DNA of 64,000 bases from a virus. A program made the position numbers and the translations under genes. The notes below the pieces were generated by a model, which was given only the letters and a program-made list of their open reading frames with translations, searched no databases and was not told the origin of the DNA. The stretch lies in the IMG/VR virus record IMGVR_UViG_3300021961_000023. One strand, given 5' to 3'. This document shows, piece by piece, positions 9,554 to 19,955 of the stretch (position 1 is its first letter; each line of letters opens with the position of its first letter).

Positions 9554-11334
9554 AATATCAAAAGTTTTCTCATAAAACACCACACCTTAAGGGTAAGCAA
9601 CATCAGTTGGATCCAAATTTGGATCTGAAGCAACTTGTCCATCATGCAACTGTTCAGTATGTTGATCGTGATGCAGACGGTGATGTGGATGTTTATGACA
9701 CCCCCAAGAAAAAAACTCCAGATGAGAATCCTGTTGGAGACTATGTATCGAAGTCTAAAAAACTGATTGCAAAACAAAAGGGTGAAATCAAACATACCAA
9801 AAGAGGTATGGCTTTTGAAGAAAAGGAGAACGGTCGTTGTAAATCAGGTCATTACTATTGCTATACAGATAAAAAATGCAAACCAATTCCTTCTGGATTT
9901 ATGGTAGATCCAGAAGGAATGCTCCGCAAGGAAAATGGACATTCAGTTGATGATGTCAATGAAGAAGGGCTTCGTGACTGGTTTGGCAAATCAAAATCAA
10001 AAGATGGAAAATCTGGATGGGTAAATGTCGTAACTGGTGGTACTTGCGCTAGTGATGAACCTGGAGAAGGAACTCCAAAATGCGTTTCTTCAGCAAAAAG
10101 AGCAAGTATGACTAAAGCAGAAAGGTTATCTGCGGCAAGAAGAAAAAAAGCAGCTGATCCTGGTCAGCAACAAAAAACTGGTGCTGCAAAACCAACATAT
10201 GTTTCAACTGATAAACCAAAGAAAAAAATGAACGAAGCAAAAGAAAAAGATCATGAATATTCAATGGCTCGTTCAGAACTTTCTACGATCATGAACGCTG
10301 CTAAAAGACTTAAATCCAAAATGAAAGGTGAAGGTAATATTGAGGCATGGGTTCAATCAAAAATCACTAAAGCAGCAGATTACTTAGATGCTGCAGCTGA
10401 CTATGTTGACAGTGGAGAAATGAATGAAGAAGCAGATAAATCAGGAAAGTCTAGTGGTAAAAAAGACGCTTGCTACCACAAAGTCAAATCTCGTTATAGA
10501 GTTTGGCCAAGTGCATACGCTTCAGGTGCCCTTGTAAAGTGTCGCAAAGTTGGTGCTGATAGTTGGGGTACAAAATCAGAATCAATCACCATTGAAACCG
10601 CAGACGGTAGGACATACGCTGAGTTTATTGATATCATTGGATCTGAAGAAATGCTAGAGGCAGCAAAAAAATGCTGGCCTGGTTACAAAAAAACAGGGAC
10701 ACAAAAACTCTTCGGCAAAACTTATAATCGTTGCGTAAAAGAAGATGAGCATGAAAAAGAAGAAAAAATAGAATGTTCTCATACAAAGAAAGGCATTCAA
10801 TGTCCTATTCATGGAGAAGATGAGTGTCCATTAGTTAAAGGAATGAAACAAGAAGTTGATGAAGCAGTAAGAATTCCTGCAAAAACTGGCAATATTATTC
10901 TTGTAACTCTTTCCTGGAGAGGAAAAGTTTACATGATTAAGATGTTTTTCCCTCAGGTTTCTAAACCAAGCAGAAGTGATGTTCAACTTCAGATTGATAA
11001 AGTTTATCCTGGGGCAAGAGTTAACTCATATTACATTTCAGAAATAAAACCTGGAGAACAGTTTTTACAAACTGAGGATTGGCAATCAGTTAATCGTAAA
11101 GACAAAACTGATGGTTTAAGTCAAAAAGCAGTTGATGCTTATCGTAGCGAAAATCCAGGTTCAAAACTTCAGACTGCAGTGACAGAAAAGAAACCAGAAG
11201 GTAAAAGAGCGAAACGTCGTGCTTCTTTCTGTCGTCGTATGAAAGGAATGAAATCAAAACTAACTAGTGCAAAAACTGCACGAGATCCAGATTCAAGAAT
11301 CAACAAAGCACTCCGTCGTTGGAACTGTAACTAA
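9550..11334 (+). CDS. Multi-module basic/Cys-rich protein, putative internal head polyprotein
   Basis: Likely start is ATG 9550 (coupled to the upstream stop); Lys/Arg-rich modules separated by xxE(E) linkers. Confidence 0.7.
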   Translation: MKYQKFSHKTPHLKGKQHQLDPNLDLKQLVHHATVQYVDRDADGDVDVYDTPKKKTPDENPVGDYVSKSKKLIAKQKGEIKHTKRGMAFEEKENGRCKSGHYYCYTDKKCKPIPSGFMVDPEGMLRKENGHSVDDVNEEGLRDWFGKSKSKDGKSGWVNVVTGGTCASDEPGEGTPKCVSSAKRASMTKAERLSAARRKKAADPGQQQKTGAAKPTYVSTDKPKKKMNEAKEKDHEYSMARSELSTIMNAAKRLKSKMKGEGNIEAWVQSKITKAADYLDAAADYVDSGEMNEEADKSGKSSGKKDACYHKVKSRYRVWPSAYASGALVKCRKVGADSWGTKSESITIETADGRTYAEFIDIIGSEEMLEAAKKCWPGYKKTGTQKLFGKTYNRCVKEDEHEKEEKIECSHTKKGIQCPIHGEDECPLVKGMKQEVDEAVRIPAKTGNIILVTLSWRGKVYMIKMFFPQVSKPSRSDVQLQIDKVYPGARVNSYYISEIKPGEQFLQTEDWQSVNRKDKTDGLSQKAVDAYRSENPGSKLQTAVTEKKPEGKRAKRRASFCRRMKGMKSKLTSAKTARDPDSRINKALRRWNCN

Positions 11335-11651
11335 TGAAAAGTTTTAAGCAATTCTTATCAGAGTCAGTAAATATCTCTGGTGATTTCAATGGAAACTTGT
11401 ATATAAACTCTCAACCAGAAGAACCACAACAGGTTGGAGAGAGTTATGCTGCTGATGTTATGTGGCAGGGTAGCATCTACAGATTAGAGTTAATAACTAA
11501 ATCTGGACTGCCAACTAAACAAGAACTAGGTGAACAACTTCAAGGAGAATATCCTGGTGCAGTTGTGCAACAAATTTATCCAGCAATGGAAAAAAATCAA
11601 AATATTACAAATATAAAAAGATACCATCCATCAAAGTTAGAGTGGATTTGA
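11334..11651 (+). CDS. Hypothetical protein with capsid-targeting-like N-terminus
   Basis: Starts MKSFKQFLSE; C-terminal half resembles the WRGKVY...YPGA module of the preceding ORF. Confidence 0.7.
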   Translation: MKSFKQFLSESVNISGDFNGNLYINSQPEEPQQVGESYAADVMWQGSIYRLELITKSGLPTKQELGEQLQGEYPGAVVQQIYPAMEKNQNITNIKRYHPSKLEWI

Positions 11652-11655
11652 TTTT

Positions 11656-13095
11656 ATGGCACAGTGGAATATACAGATTCAAGATTATTTAAATCAAGAA
11701 AGATCTTTATTTGAAGTTGTTGGAGTTGCTTCCAGTGATGGGCAAATTATTAGTATTGAAAATCCATTTCCAGTTACGGGTACTATTGGAATACAAACTG
11801 GATCGGGCTTAATTATTAATCCAGATACCACATCATATGATGCTTTTGGTAGACAAAGAATTTCTGAACCATTTACCCTTGGTGATTATAAACATCTATA
11901 TGCTATTGATACTAATTTTATAGACAGTTCATCAGGAGCTGGTTCAACAGTTTCGTTGATACCAAACCAAGCAGCAGCAAGATTACAAACGGGTATTGGA
12001 AGTACAGCATTTTGTATTCATCAAACAAAGTTTTATCATCACTATCAACCAGGAAAATCACAACTAATTTTTAGTTCTTTTAATTTCTATGCACCTCAGC
12101 AAAATGCAACAAAAAGAACTGGATATTTTGATGATAGAGATGGTATTTACTTAGAGCAAGTAGGTCTTAACACATCTAATGGTATTAACGCTGGTATAGG
12201 AACCTATAACTGGGTCATCAGAACTTTTACAAGTGGTATTGCAACTGAAACAAGAATTCCACAATCACAATGGAATAAAGATAAGTGTGATGGAACTGGT
12301 ACTTCTGGTTTCAATGCCGACTTTACAAAAACTCAACTAGCATTTATTGATTTTCAGTGGTTAGGTGTTGGTAGAGTTCGTTGTGGTTTTGCTCATGATG
12401 GAAAATTAATTACAGCACATGAATTTTATCACTCAAACAATAATCCAAATGTTTATATTTCAAATCCAAACCTACCAGTTCGTTGTGAAATAAGAAATAC
12501 TGGTGTAGGTATTGGAGCATCGTTTGATCAAATCTGCTCTACTGTTGCTAGTGAAGGTGGATATGTAGAAAGCGGTGTTGATTTTGCATATACGATGGAA
12601 ACTACACGAACAGTCGTAGCTCCAGGTGGAACAGAACTCCCACTAGTTGCAATTCGTCTCAAAAATAATTTCCAAGGATATCCAAACAGAATATCAGTTA
12701 GATTAAATAATATTTCTCTTTATGCGGAGACTAATAGTATTGTTTATAAAATAGTTAAACTTCCAAGCACTGCTTATATTGGACTAACCACTTTAGGTAG
12801 TGGAACTATTTGGACTTCTGCTTCTGCTAATAGTGGAGTTGAATATTGCACTAACGCTACAGTTTATAGTGATGGTGATGTGTTTGCTTCTGGATATGTA
12901 CCATCAGGCGCATCTCAGAACTCATTGTCTCCAGTTGCATCTGGGGCACTTACATCAGCAAAGAAAAACATTATTGTTCAAAATATTGACTCAACAAATT
13001 CAGAAATTTACGCAATTATTGTAAGAACAGTATCAACTAGTGTTGGTGCCGTTGCCCAAGTAGCAGCTTCACTTCAGTGGAGAGAAATTTATTAA
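11656..13095 (+). CDS. Hypothetical beta-rich virion protein
   Basis: DAFGRxRxSxP, YQPGKS and WLGVGRVR motifs seen in phage structural proteins. Confidence 0.6.
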   Translation: MAQWNIQIQDYLNQERSLFEVVGVASSDGQIISIENPFPVTGTIGIQTGSGLIINPDTTSYDAFGRQRISEPFTLGDYKHLYAIDTNFIDSSSGAGSTVSLIPNQAAARLQTGIGSTAFCIHQTKFYHHYQPGKSQLIFSSFNFYAPQQNATKRTGYFDDRDGIYLEQVGLNTSNGINAGIGTYNWVIRTFTSGIATETRIPQSQWNKDKCDGTGTSGFNADFTKTQLAFIDFQWLGVGRVRCGFAHDGKLITAHEFYHSNNNPNVYISNPNLPVRCEIRNTGVGIGASFDQICSTVASEGGYVESGVDFAYTMETTRTVVAPGGTELPLVAIRLKNNFQGYPNRISVRLNNISLYAETNSIVYKIVKLPSTAYIGLTTLGSGTIWTSASANSGVEYCTNATVYSDGDVFASGYVPSGASQNSLSPVASGALTSAKKNIIVQNIDSTNSEIYAIIVRTVSTSVGAVAQVAASLQWREIY

Positions 13096-13104
13096 GGTGA
13101 AAAT

Positions 13105-14748
13105 ATGAGTGAAGTTTATCTTGGTAATCCAAATCTTAAAAAAGCAAATACTGTAATTGAGTTTAGTGAAGATCAGATTCTTGAATTTATTAAATGTAAA
13201 AATAATCCAGTATACTTTGCAAAAAACTATGTAAAGATTGTAACTCTTGATCATGGTTTACAACCTTTTGAGATGTATCCCTTTCAAGAGAAATTGATTC
13301 GTAACTTCCATGATCACAGATTTAATATCTGTAAGATGCCTAGACAAACAGGTAAGTCAACAACTTGTGTTTCTTATCTATTACATTATGCGGTTTTTAA
13401 TGACAATATCAATATTGCTATTCTTGCAAATAAAGCATCAACTGCAAGAGATCTTTTAAGTAGGTTACAACTTGCGTATGAAAACTTGCCTAAGTGGATG
13501 CAACAAGGTATCTTATCATGGAATAAAGGTTCTTTAGAGTTAGAAAATGGCAGTAAGATATTGGCAGCTTCTACATCTGCGAGTGCTGTCCGAGGCGGTT
13601 CATATAATGTCATCTTCCTCGACGAGTTCGCTTTCATTCCAAACCATATTGCAGACCAATTCTTTGCATCTGTTTATCCTACTATTTCTTCTGGTAAGAG
13701 CACAAAAGTTATCATAGTTTCAACTCCACACGGTATGAATCATTTCTACCGTATGTGGCATGATGCAGAAAAAGGAGCAAATGAATATATTCCAACTGAT
13801 GTTCATTGGACTGAAGTGCCAGGAAGAGACTTGGAGTGGAAAAGGCAGACGATTGCAAACACATCTGAGCAACAGTTTAAAGTTGAGTTTGAATGTGAGT
13901 TTTTAGGTTCAGTTGATACTCTGATTGCACCAAGTAAACTAAGATCGTTGGTATATGAAAATCCTAAAACTGGAAATGCTGGGTTGGATGTCTATGAAGA
14001 TCCTATTGATAACCATGATTATATTATTACTGTTGACGTTGCCCGTGGAGTTGGTATCGACTATTCTGCTTTTGTTGTTATAGATATTACAACATTTCCT
14101 CATAAAGTTGTTGCAAAATATAGAAATAATGAAATCAAACCTATGTTATTTCCAAATGTAATTTGGGAAATAGCAAAATCATATAATCAGGCATTTATCT
14201 TATGTGAAGTAAATGATGTTGGTGATCAAGTAGCATCTATTCTTCAATATGATTTAGAGTATCAAAATCTTCTTATGTGTTCAATGAGAGGAAGAGCAGG
14301 TCAAATTGTTGGACAAGGATTTTCAGGCAAAAAAACTCAACTTGGTGTCAAGATGAGTAAGACTGTCAAAAAAGTTGGAGCACTCAATCTAAAAACAATG
14401 ATTGAGGAAGACAAGTTATTGATTAATGATTATGAAATCATTTCAGAACTTACAACTTTTATTCAAAAAAATAACTCGTTTGAAGCAGAAGATGGATGTA
14501 ATGATGACCTAGCAATGTGTCTTGTAATCTATGCGTGGTTAGTAGCTCAAGATTATTTTAAAGAACTGACCGATCAAGATGTTCGCAAAAGACTTTATGA
14601 GGAGCAAAAAAATCAAATAGAACAAGATATGGCACCATTTGGATTTGTTTCAGATGGTTTAGATAATCCTAGTTTTGTAGACTCTGATGGAGATAGGTGG
14701 TTTGCTGATGAATATGGAGATAGATCATTTATGTGGGAGTATTTGTGA
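13105..14748 (+). CDS. gp17: Terminase large subunit gp17
   Basis: YLGNPNLK; Walker A PRQTGKST; Walker B IFLDEFAF; STPHG; RNase H-like nuclease DDLAM. Confidence 0.97.
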   Translation: MSEVYLGNPNLKKANTVIEFSEDQILEFIKCKNNPVYFAKNYVKIVTLDHGLQPFEMYPFQEKLIRNFHDHRFNICKMPRQTGKSTTCVSYLLHYAVFNDNINIAILANKASTARDLLSRLQLAYENLPKWMQQGILSWNKGSLELENGSKILAASTSASAVRGGSYNVIFLDEFAFIPNHIADQFFASVYPTISSGKSTKVIIVSTPHGMNHFYRMWHDAEKGANEYIPTDVHWTEVPGRDLEWKRQTIANTSEQQFKVEFECEFLGSVDTLIAPSKLRSLVYENPKTGNAGLDVYEDPIDNHDYIITVDVARGVGIDYSAFVVIDITTFPHKVVAKYRNNEIKPMLFPNVIWEIAKSYNQAFILCEVNDVGDQVASILQYDLEYQNLLMCSMRGRAGQIVGQGFSGKKTQLGVKMSKTVKKVGALNLKTMIEEDKLLINDYEIISELTTFIQKNNSFEAEDGCNDDLAMCLVIYAWLVAQDYFKELTDQDVRKRLYEEQKNQIEQDMAPFGFVSDGLDNPSFVDSDGDRWFADEYGDRSFMWEYL

Positions 14749-14978
14749 TGGATTTGGATAAGCAACTAAAACTAGGACATCTACTACTAAACGAAAGAAG
14801 ATGTAGAGTTTGTGGAGAGTTTAAAGATCTTATTGATGGTTTTTATCGAACTCGTAAAGATAAAGGACCAGTAGCATCATCGTATTCATATGAATGTAAA
14901 GACTGCACAAAAAAGAGAGTTGTTGTATCTAGAATGACAACTAGAATACTTGATAGATGGGAATATCCTGACTGGTAG
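14748..14978 (+). CDS. Small Zn-ribbon protein (CxxC...CxxC)
   Basis: CRVC and CKDC; ATG 14748 overlaps the g17 stop. Confidence 0.7.
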   Translation: MDLDKQLKLGHLLLNERRCRVCGEFKDLIDGFYRTRKDKGPVASSYSYECKDCTKKRVVVSRMTTRILDRWEYPDW

Positions 14979-15061
14979 TGTTCACGTCAAGTTTTCTCCC
15001 CTGAAACTTAATATTTTAATAAATATTTTTAGTTAAACTGAAATCTCAGGAGACAACAAAC

Positions 15062-17299
15062 ATGGCAACTCCTCAATTATCTCCAGGCGTACTCGTCAGA
15101 GAGGTTGATTTAACAGTAGGGAGAGCTGATAATGTTTTAGATAATATTGGTGCGATTGCTGGTCCATTCTCTCAAGGTCCTGTTGAGGAAATCGTAAATA
15201 TCACCACTGAGCAGGAACTGATTAACGTTTTTGGCAAACCTCTTTCCACTGATAATCAATTTGAGTACTGGATGACTGCATCTTCCTTCCTTTCTTATGG
15301 AGGAGTTCTTAAGGTCATCAGAAGCAGCGATGCTAACCTCAATAATGCTAATGCGGGTGTGGGTGTAGCGAGTGACACCACACTATTAATCAAAAATAAG
15401 GATGATTACGAAATCAATCATTCTGAAGATGCTGTTCAGTTCTTCTATGCAGCAAGAAATCCAGGTAGCTGGGCAGAATCTTTAAAAGTATGTCAGATTG
15501 ACGATTTTGCAGATCAAAGACTTTATTTCAACAGCACAAACCTTGCTGGTCTTGGTTTAACTGTTGGTTTTGCAATCACCGCAAGCATTCCTGCTGGCAC
15601 TGCTTTAATCGGTGTTGGAACAACTTCTTCAACCAATGCAGTTCTTAAGGGTATCATTACTGGTGTTAGCACAAACAGCAATGATGGTTCTAAGTCATAT
15701 GTTGATGTAAGAGTTGTTGCCAGAACACTCGCAGTTGGTGGTGGAAGTACCTCTACAAATATTGATTATGCAGAGAATGATCCTACTGCATCATTTACTC
15801 TAACTGGCGCTGGTTCCAGTGTAGTTATCAGCACTGTTAACACTTCTGGTGTTGCAGTTACATCTAACACTTGTTTTGCTTTAGAAGATTGGTATGATCA
15901 ACAAATTCTTGACCTAACTAATACAACTCTTTATTGGAAGGCACTAGCTCCAAAACCAACAAGTAACTCATATGTTACTGATCGTGGTGGAAAGAACGAT
16001 GGTATCCATATCGCAGTTGTCGATGATCTTGGTACTATCACTGGTTCTTCTGGAAATCTTTTAGAAGTACACCTGAATCTTTCTAAAGCATATGATGCTG
16101 TAAGAGATCAAAGATCAGTATTCTACAAAGATTACATCCGCGACAACTCAAACTATATTTGGATTGGACGTAACCAGTCAAGTTCATATGTCGCTAATGT
16201 AGGTAACGTTGTTCCAACAATCTACCCAACTTCATCTGGGTTCACAACTGCTGGTACAAATACTGGAGTAAGTCTTGGCGATGGTCTGTGGGGTCTTCCT
16301 GCACAAAATACTACTTATTCAGTTGTTGGTAACAAAGGTTTCAGACTGATTGGCGGTAAAGACTATCAAGATTCTGGTAATAACAACGGATTTGAGGCTA
16401 AACTAGGTGACCTGGTAAATGCCTACGAACTCTTCAACGATGTTGAAGGTGTTGAGGTAGATTACTTACTCATGGGTCCTGGTCTCAGCAAGAAGTCAGA
16501 GTCTCAAGCAAAAGCAAACTACCTAATTTCGATTGCTGGACAAAGAAAAGACTGCATGGCAGTTCTTTCTCCTCATAGATCTGATGTTGTTAACGTATCA
16601 AACTCAAATGATCAAACAGACAACATCCTTGCATTCTATGGTCCATTAGCATCATCTTCGTATGCAGTATTTGATACTGGATACAAATATACTTATGATC
16701 GCTTTAATAATGAGTTCCGCTACATCCCAACCAATGGAGACGTTGCTGGACTAATGGTTAGAACTTCTATCTTTGCATATCCTTGGTTCTCACCTGCTGG
16801 TCAACAGCGTGGCATTCTGAACAATGCTATCAAACTAGCATATAATCCAACCAAGGCACAAAGAGATCGTCTCTATCCTAAGAGAATTAACCCAATCTCC
16901 AATCAACCAGGTATTGGTATTCTTCTCTTTGGTGATAAGACTGCTCTTGGATATGCTTCTGCATTCGATAGAATCAACGTTCGTCGTCTGTTCCTCACCA
17001 TTGAACAAGCACTTCAAAGAGCAGCACAAGCTCAACTCTTTGAACTCAATGATGATATTACAAGATCTAACTTTGTTAACATTGTTGCTCCATACCTCCG
17101 CGACATTCAAGCAAAGAGAGGTCTCTATGACTTCTTAGTTGTTTGTGATGAAACAAACAACACTCCAGATGTCATTGACAATAATGAGTTTAGAGCGGAC
17201 ATTTATCTGAAGCCCGCTAAGTCGATTAACTTCGTCACACTCACCTTTGTTGCCACCAGAACTGGTGTCAGCTTTGATGAGGTTGTAGGTCGAGTTTGA
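15062..17299 (+). CDS. gp18: Tail sheath protein gp18
   Basis: SPGVLVREVDLT, PWFSPAG, FDRINVRRLF and IYLKPAKSINF motifs. Confidence 0.97.
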   Translation: MATPQLSPGVLVREVDLTVGRADNVLDNIGAIAGPFSQGPVEEIVNITTEQELINVFGKPLSTDNQFEYWMTASSFLSYGGVLKVIRSSDANLNNANAGVGVASDTTLLIKNKDDYEINHSEDAVQFFYAARNPGSWAESLKVCQIDDFADQRLYFNSTNLAGLGLTVGFAITASIPAGTALIGVGTTSSTNAVLKGIITGVSTNSNDGSKSYVDVRVVARTLAVGGGSTSTNIDYAENDPTASFTLTGAGSSVVISTVNTSGVAVTSNTCFALEDWYDQQILDLTNTTLYWKALAPKPTSNSYVTDRGGKNDGIHIAVVDDLGTITGSSGNLLEVHLNLSKAYDAVRDQRSVFYKDYIRDNSNYIWIGRNQSSSYVANVGNVVPTIYPTSSGFTTAGTNTGVSLGDGLWGLPAQNTTYSVVGNKGFRLIGGKDYQDSGNNNGFEAKLGDLVNAYELFNDVEGVEVDYLLMGPGLSKKSESQAKANYLISIAGQRKDCMAVLSPHRSDVVNVSNSNDQTDNILAFYGPLASSSYAVFDTGYKYTYDRFNNEFRYIPTNGDVAGLMVRTSIFAYPWFSPAGQQRGILNNAIKLAYNPTKAQRDRLYPKRINPISNQPGIGILLFGDKTALGYASAFDRINVRRLFLTIEQALQRAAQAQLFELNDDITRSNFVNIVAPYLRDIQAKRGLYDFLVVCDETNNTPDVIDNNEFRADIYLKPAKSINFVTLTFVATRTGVSFDEVVGRV

Positions 17300-17335
17300 T
17301 TCTTACCCAAATCTACTTAACGGAGAAAAAGAACA

Positions 17336-17992
17336 ATGGCAAACTTAAGAACCATCTCTCAATTTAAAACTAGACTCGCAGGTGGTGGTGCTCGCCCCAA
17401 TCTCTTTGAGGTCCACATTCCAGCATTCCCTACAGCAGCAAACTCTGCTGGGGCAAACTGGTCTGGAGAAGTACAAGAGGATTTCAGATTCCTCTGTAAG
17501 GCAGCTGCTCTGCCTGCATCTAATAATGGCGTTATTGATGTACCTTTCAGAGGTCGTATCCTGAAAGTTGCTGGTGATCGCACATTCGATACTTGGACTG
17601 TAACAATCATCAATGATGAGGACTTCCTTATCAGAACTCAGTTTGAGTATTGGATGAATGCGATTAACAAACTCACCAACAACTCTGGTGCAACTAATCC
17701 TGCTTCCTACATGGTTGATGCTCATGTATCTCAACTTGGTAGAGCACAGGTAAAAGAAGGCACTTCAAACAATGCCACCACTGCTGCACAAACTGCTCTG
17801 AGAACATATACGTTCAAGGATATTTTCCCAACTAATATTTCTCAGATTGATCTTTCTTATGATACTGGTGATACCATTGAAGAGTTCACTGTTGAGTTCC
17901 AAGTTAACTACTACACCGTTGGTGGTAACATGGAAGCTTCTAGTGGATCTGACACTGTTGCTGGTGATCAGTCTAACGTTGTTGTCTCGTAA
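17336..17992 (+). CDS. gp19: Tail tube protein gp19
   Basis: GGARPNLFEV, FRGRILKVAGDRTF and IEEFTVEF motifs. Confidence 0.95.
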   Translation: MANLRTISQFKTRLAGGGARPNLFEVHIPAFPTAANSAGANWSGEVQEDFRFLCKAAALPASNNGVIDVPFRGRILKVAGDRTFDTWTVTIINDEDFLIRTQFEYWMNAINKLTNNSGATNPASYMVDAHVSQLGRAQVKEGTSNNATTAAQTALRTYTFKDIFPTNISQIDLSYDTGDTIEEFTVEFQVNYYTVGGNMEASSGSDTVAGDQSNVVVS

Positions 17993-18042
17993 TAAAGGAA
18001 TAATAGAGTAACTAAATAGTAAAAAGCTACACTCAACTTATA

Positions 18043-19704
18043 ATGACAAAACTATTTGGTTTCTCTATTGAAGATAACGAACCAAAATCACCTACTACAC
18101 TTTCCCCCGTTCCTCCTAATAATGAGGACGGGGTTGACCATTATCTGAGTAGTGGGTTTTTTGGTTCGTATGTTGATATTGAAGGAGTTTATAGAACTGA
18201 GTTTGATCTCATCAAAAGATATCGTGAAATGGCACTCCATCCAGAAGTTGATAGTGCCATTGAAGATATTGTTAACGAAGCAATCGTTTCAGATTCAAAT
18301 GACTCACCTGTTCAGATTGAGTTATCAAATTTGAATGCAAGTGATGGTATTAAGAAAAGAATAAGACAAGAGTTTAAGCATATTTTAGACTTATTGGATT
18401 TTGATAAAAAATCTCATGAGATTTATCGTAACTGGTATATTGATGGTAGACTCTATTATCACAAAGTTATTGATATAAAGAAACCAGAAGAAGGTATTCA
18501 AGAGTTAAGGTACATTGACGCAATGAAAATGCGCTTTGTTCGTGAAAATAAAAATAAAATGGATGATAATCAGCGTCGTTTATCATCTGTTGCAAATCAA
18601 AATCCTTTGGAATATGCTTTTCCAGAAATTGAAGAGTACTATATTTACACTCCAAAAGCATCTTATCCAATAGGAAATCCAACAGCAGTAAGTGCAGATA
18701 AGGGTATTAGATTCGCAAAAGATTCTATTACATATTGCACTTCTGGATTAGTAGATAGAACAAAAGGCACAACACTTTCATATCTTCATAAGGCAATCAA
18801 AGCAGTTAACCAATTGAGAATGATCGAAGATTCTCTGGTTATCTACAGATTGTCTCGTGCTCCAGAAAGAAGAATCTTCTATATTGATGTTGGTAACTTA
18901 CCTAAGGTAAAAGCAGAACAATATCTTCGTGATGTTATGATGCGTTATCGTAACAAACTTGTATATGATGCAAATACAGGTGAGATTCGTGATGATAAAA
19001 AGTACATGGCAATGCTAGAAGATTTCTGGCTTCCACGTAGAGAAGGTGGTCGTGGTACTGAAATTTCAACTCTTCCTGGTGGACAAAATCTTGGCGAAAT
19101 CACAGATATCGAATATTTTAAGAAAAAACTTTTCCGTGCTTTAAATGTCCCACCATCAAGAATGGATGGAGAGGGTGGATTCAATCTCGGTCGTTCATCA
19201 GAAATTTTAAGAGATGAACTTAAGTTCACTAAGTTTGTTGGACGTTTGAGAAAGAGATTCTCAAATATGTTCAATGATATGCTCAGAACTCAACTTCTTT
19301 TAAAAAATATTGTCACTCCAGAAGATTGGGAAGTAATGAGTGAGCATATTCAATATGATTTCTTATATGACAACCACTTCTCTGAACTTAAAGATGCAGA
19401 ACTATTGACTGAAAGATTGAATCTTGTTTCAACTGCGGAACCATATGTTGGCAAATATTTTTCACAAGATTACTTGCGTCGTAAGATTCTACGTCAAACT
19501 GATGTTGAAATTCTTGAGCAAGATGCACTAATCGAAAAAGAAATCAAAGAAGGAATCATTCCAGATCCAAATGCTCCCGTTGATCCAGAAACAGGTGCTC
19601 CTTTAAATGGTGGTGACTTAGGTGCTCCAATAAATGAACCTGATTTAGAATCTCAAGGAGCAGCAACTGAAGCACCAGAATTACCTAAGGGTGGAGAAAT
19701 ATAA
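18043..19704 (+). CDS. gp20: Portal protein gp20
   Basis: IYRLSRAPERRIFYIDVGN and EDFWLPRREGGRGTEI motifs. Confidence 0.97.
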   Translation: MTKLFGFSIEDNEPKSPTTLSPVPPNNEDGVDHYLSSGFFGSYVDIEGVYRTEFDLIKRYREMALHPEVDSAIEDIVNEAIVSDSNDSPVQIELSNLNASDGIKKRIRQEFKHILDLLDFDKKSHEIYRNWYIDGRLYYHKVIDIKKPEEGIQELRYIDAMKMRFVRENKNKMDDNQRRLSSVANQNPLEYAFPEIEEYYIYTPKASYPIGNPTAVSADKGIRFAKDSITYCTSGLVDRTKGTTLSYLHKAIKAVNQLRMIEDSLVIYRLSRAPERRIFYIDVGNLPKVKAEQYLRDVMMRYRNKLVYDANTGEIRDDKKYMAMLEDFWLPRREGGRGTEISTLPGGQNLGEITDIEYFKKKLFRALNVPPSRMDGEGGFNLGRSSEILRDELKFTKFVGRLRKRFSNMFNDMLRTQLLLKNIVTPEDWEVMSEHIQYDFLYDNHFSELKDAELLTERLNLVSTAEPYVGKYFSQDYLRRKILRQTDVEILEQDALIEKEIKEGIIPDPNAPVDPETGAPLNGGDLGAPINEPDLESQGAATEAPELPKGGEI

Positions 19705-19728
19705 TAAATATAAAAGTGTTATATCTTT

Positions 19729-19914
19729 ATGTCAATGGATGATCTTTTAGATATGGTGGTGAGCGATGAGTCACCATCTCAAATTAGTGACGAAATCAAA
19801 AATTTACTTTTTGCAAAAGCTGCAGAACGAGTAGATGCTTTTCGTCCAGAAGTTGCCAACAGCATGTTTGGAGAACAAGAAGTAGATGATTCTGAGGAAG
19901 AAACTGAAGAATAA
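19729..19914 (+). CDS. Small acidic protein in the prohead-core (gp67-like) position
   Basis: Lies between g20 and g21; acidic tail; late promoter at 19705-19710. Confidence 0.6.
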   Translation: MSMDDLLDMVVSDESPSQISDEIKNLLFAKAAERVDAFRPEVANSMFGEQEVDDSEEETEE

Positions 19915-19955
19915 GCGGTATTTATAAATAACTAGTAAATGAACTTTAAACTATA

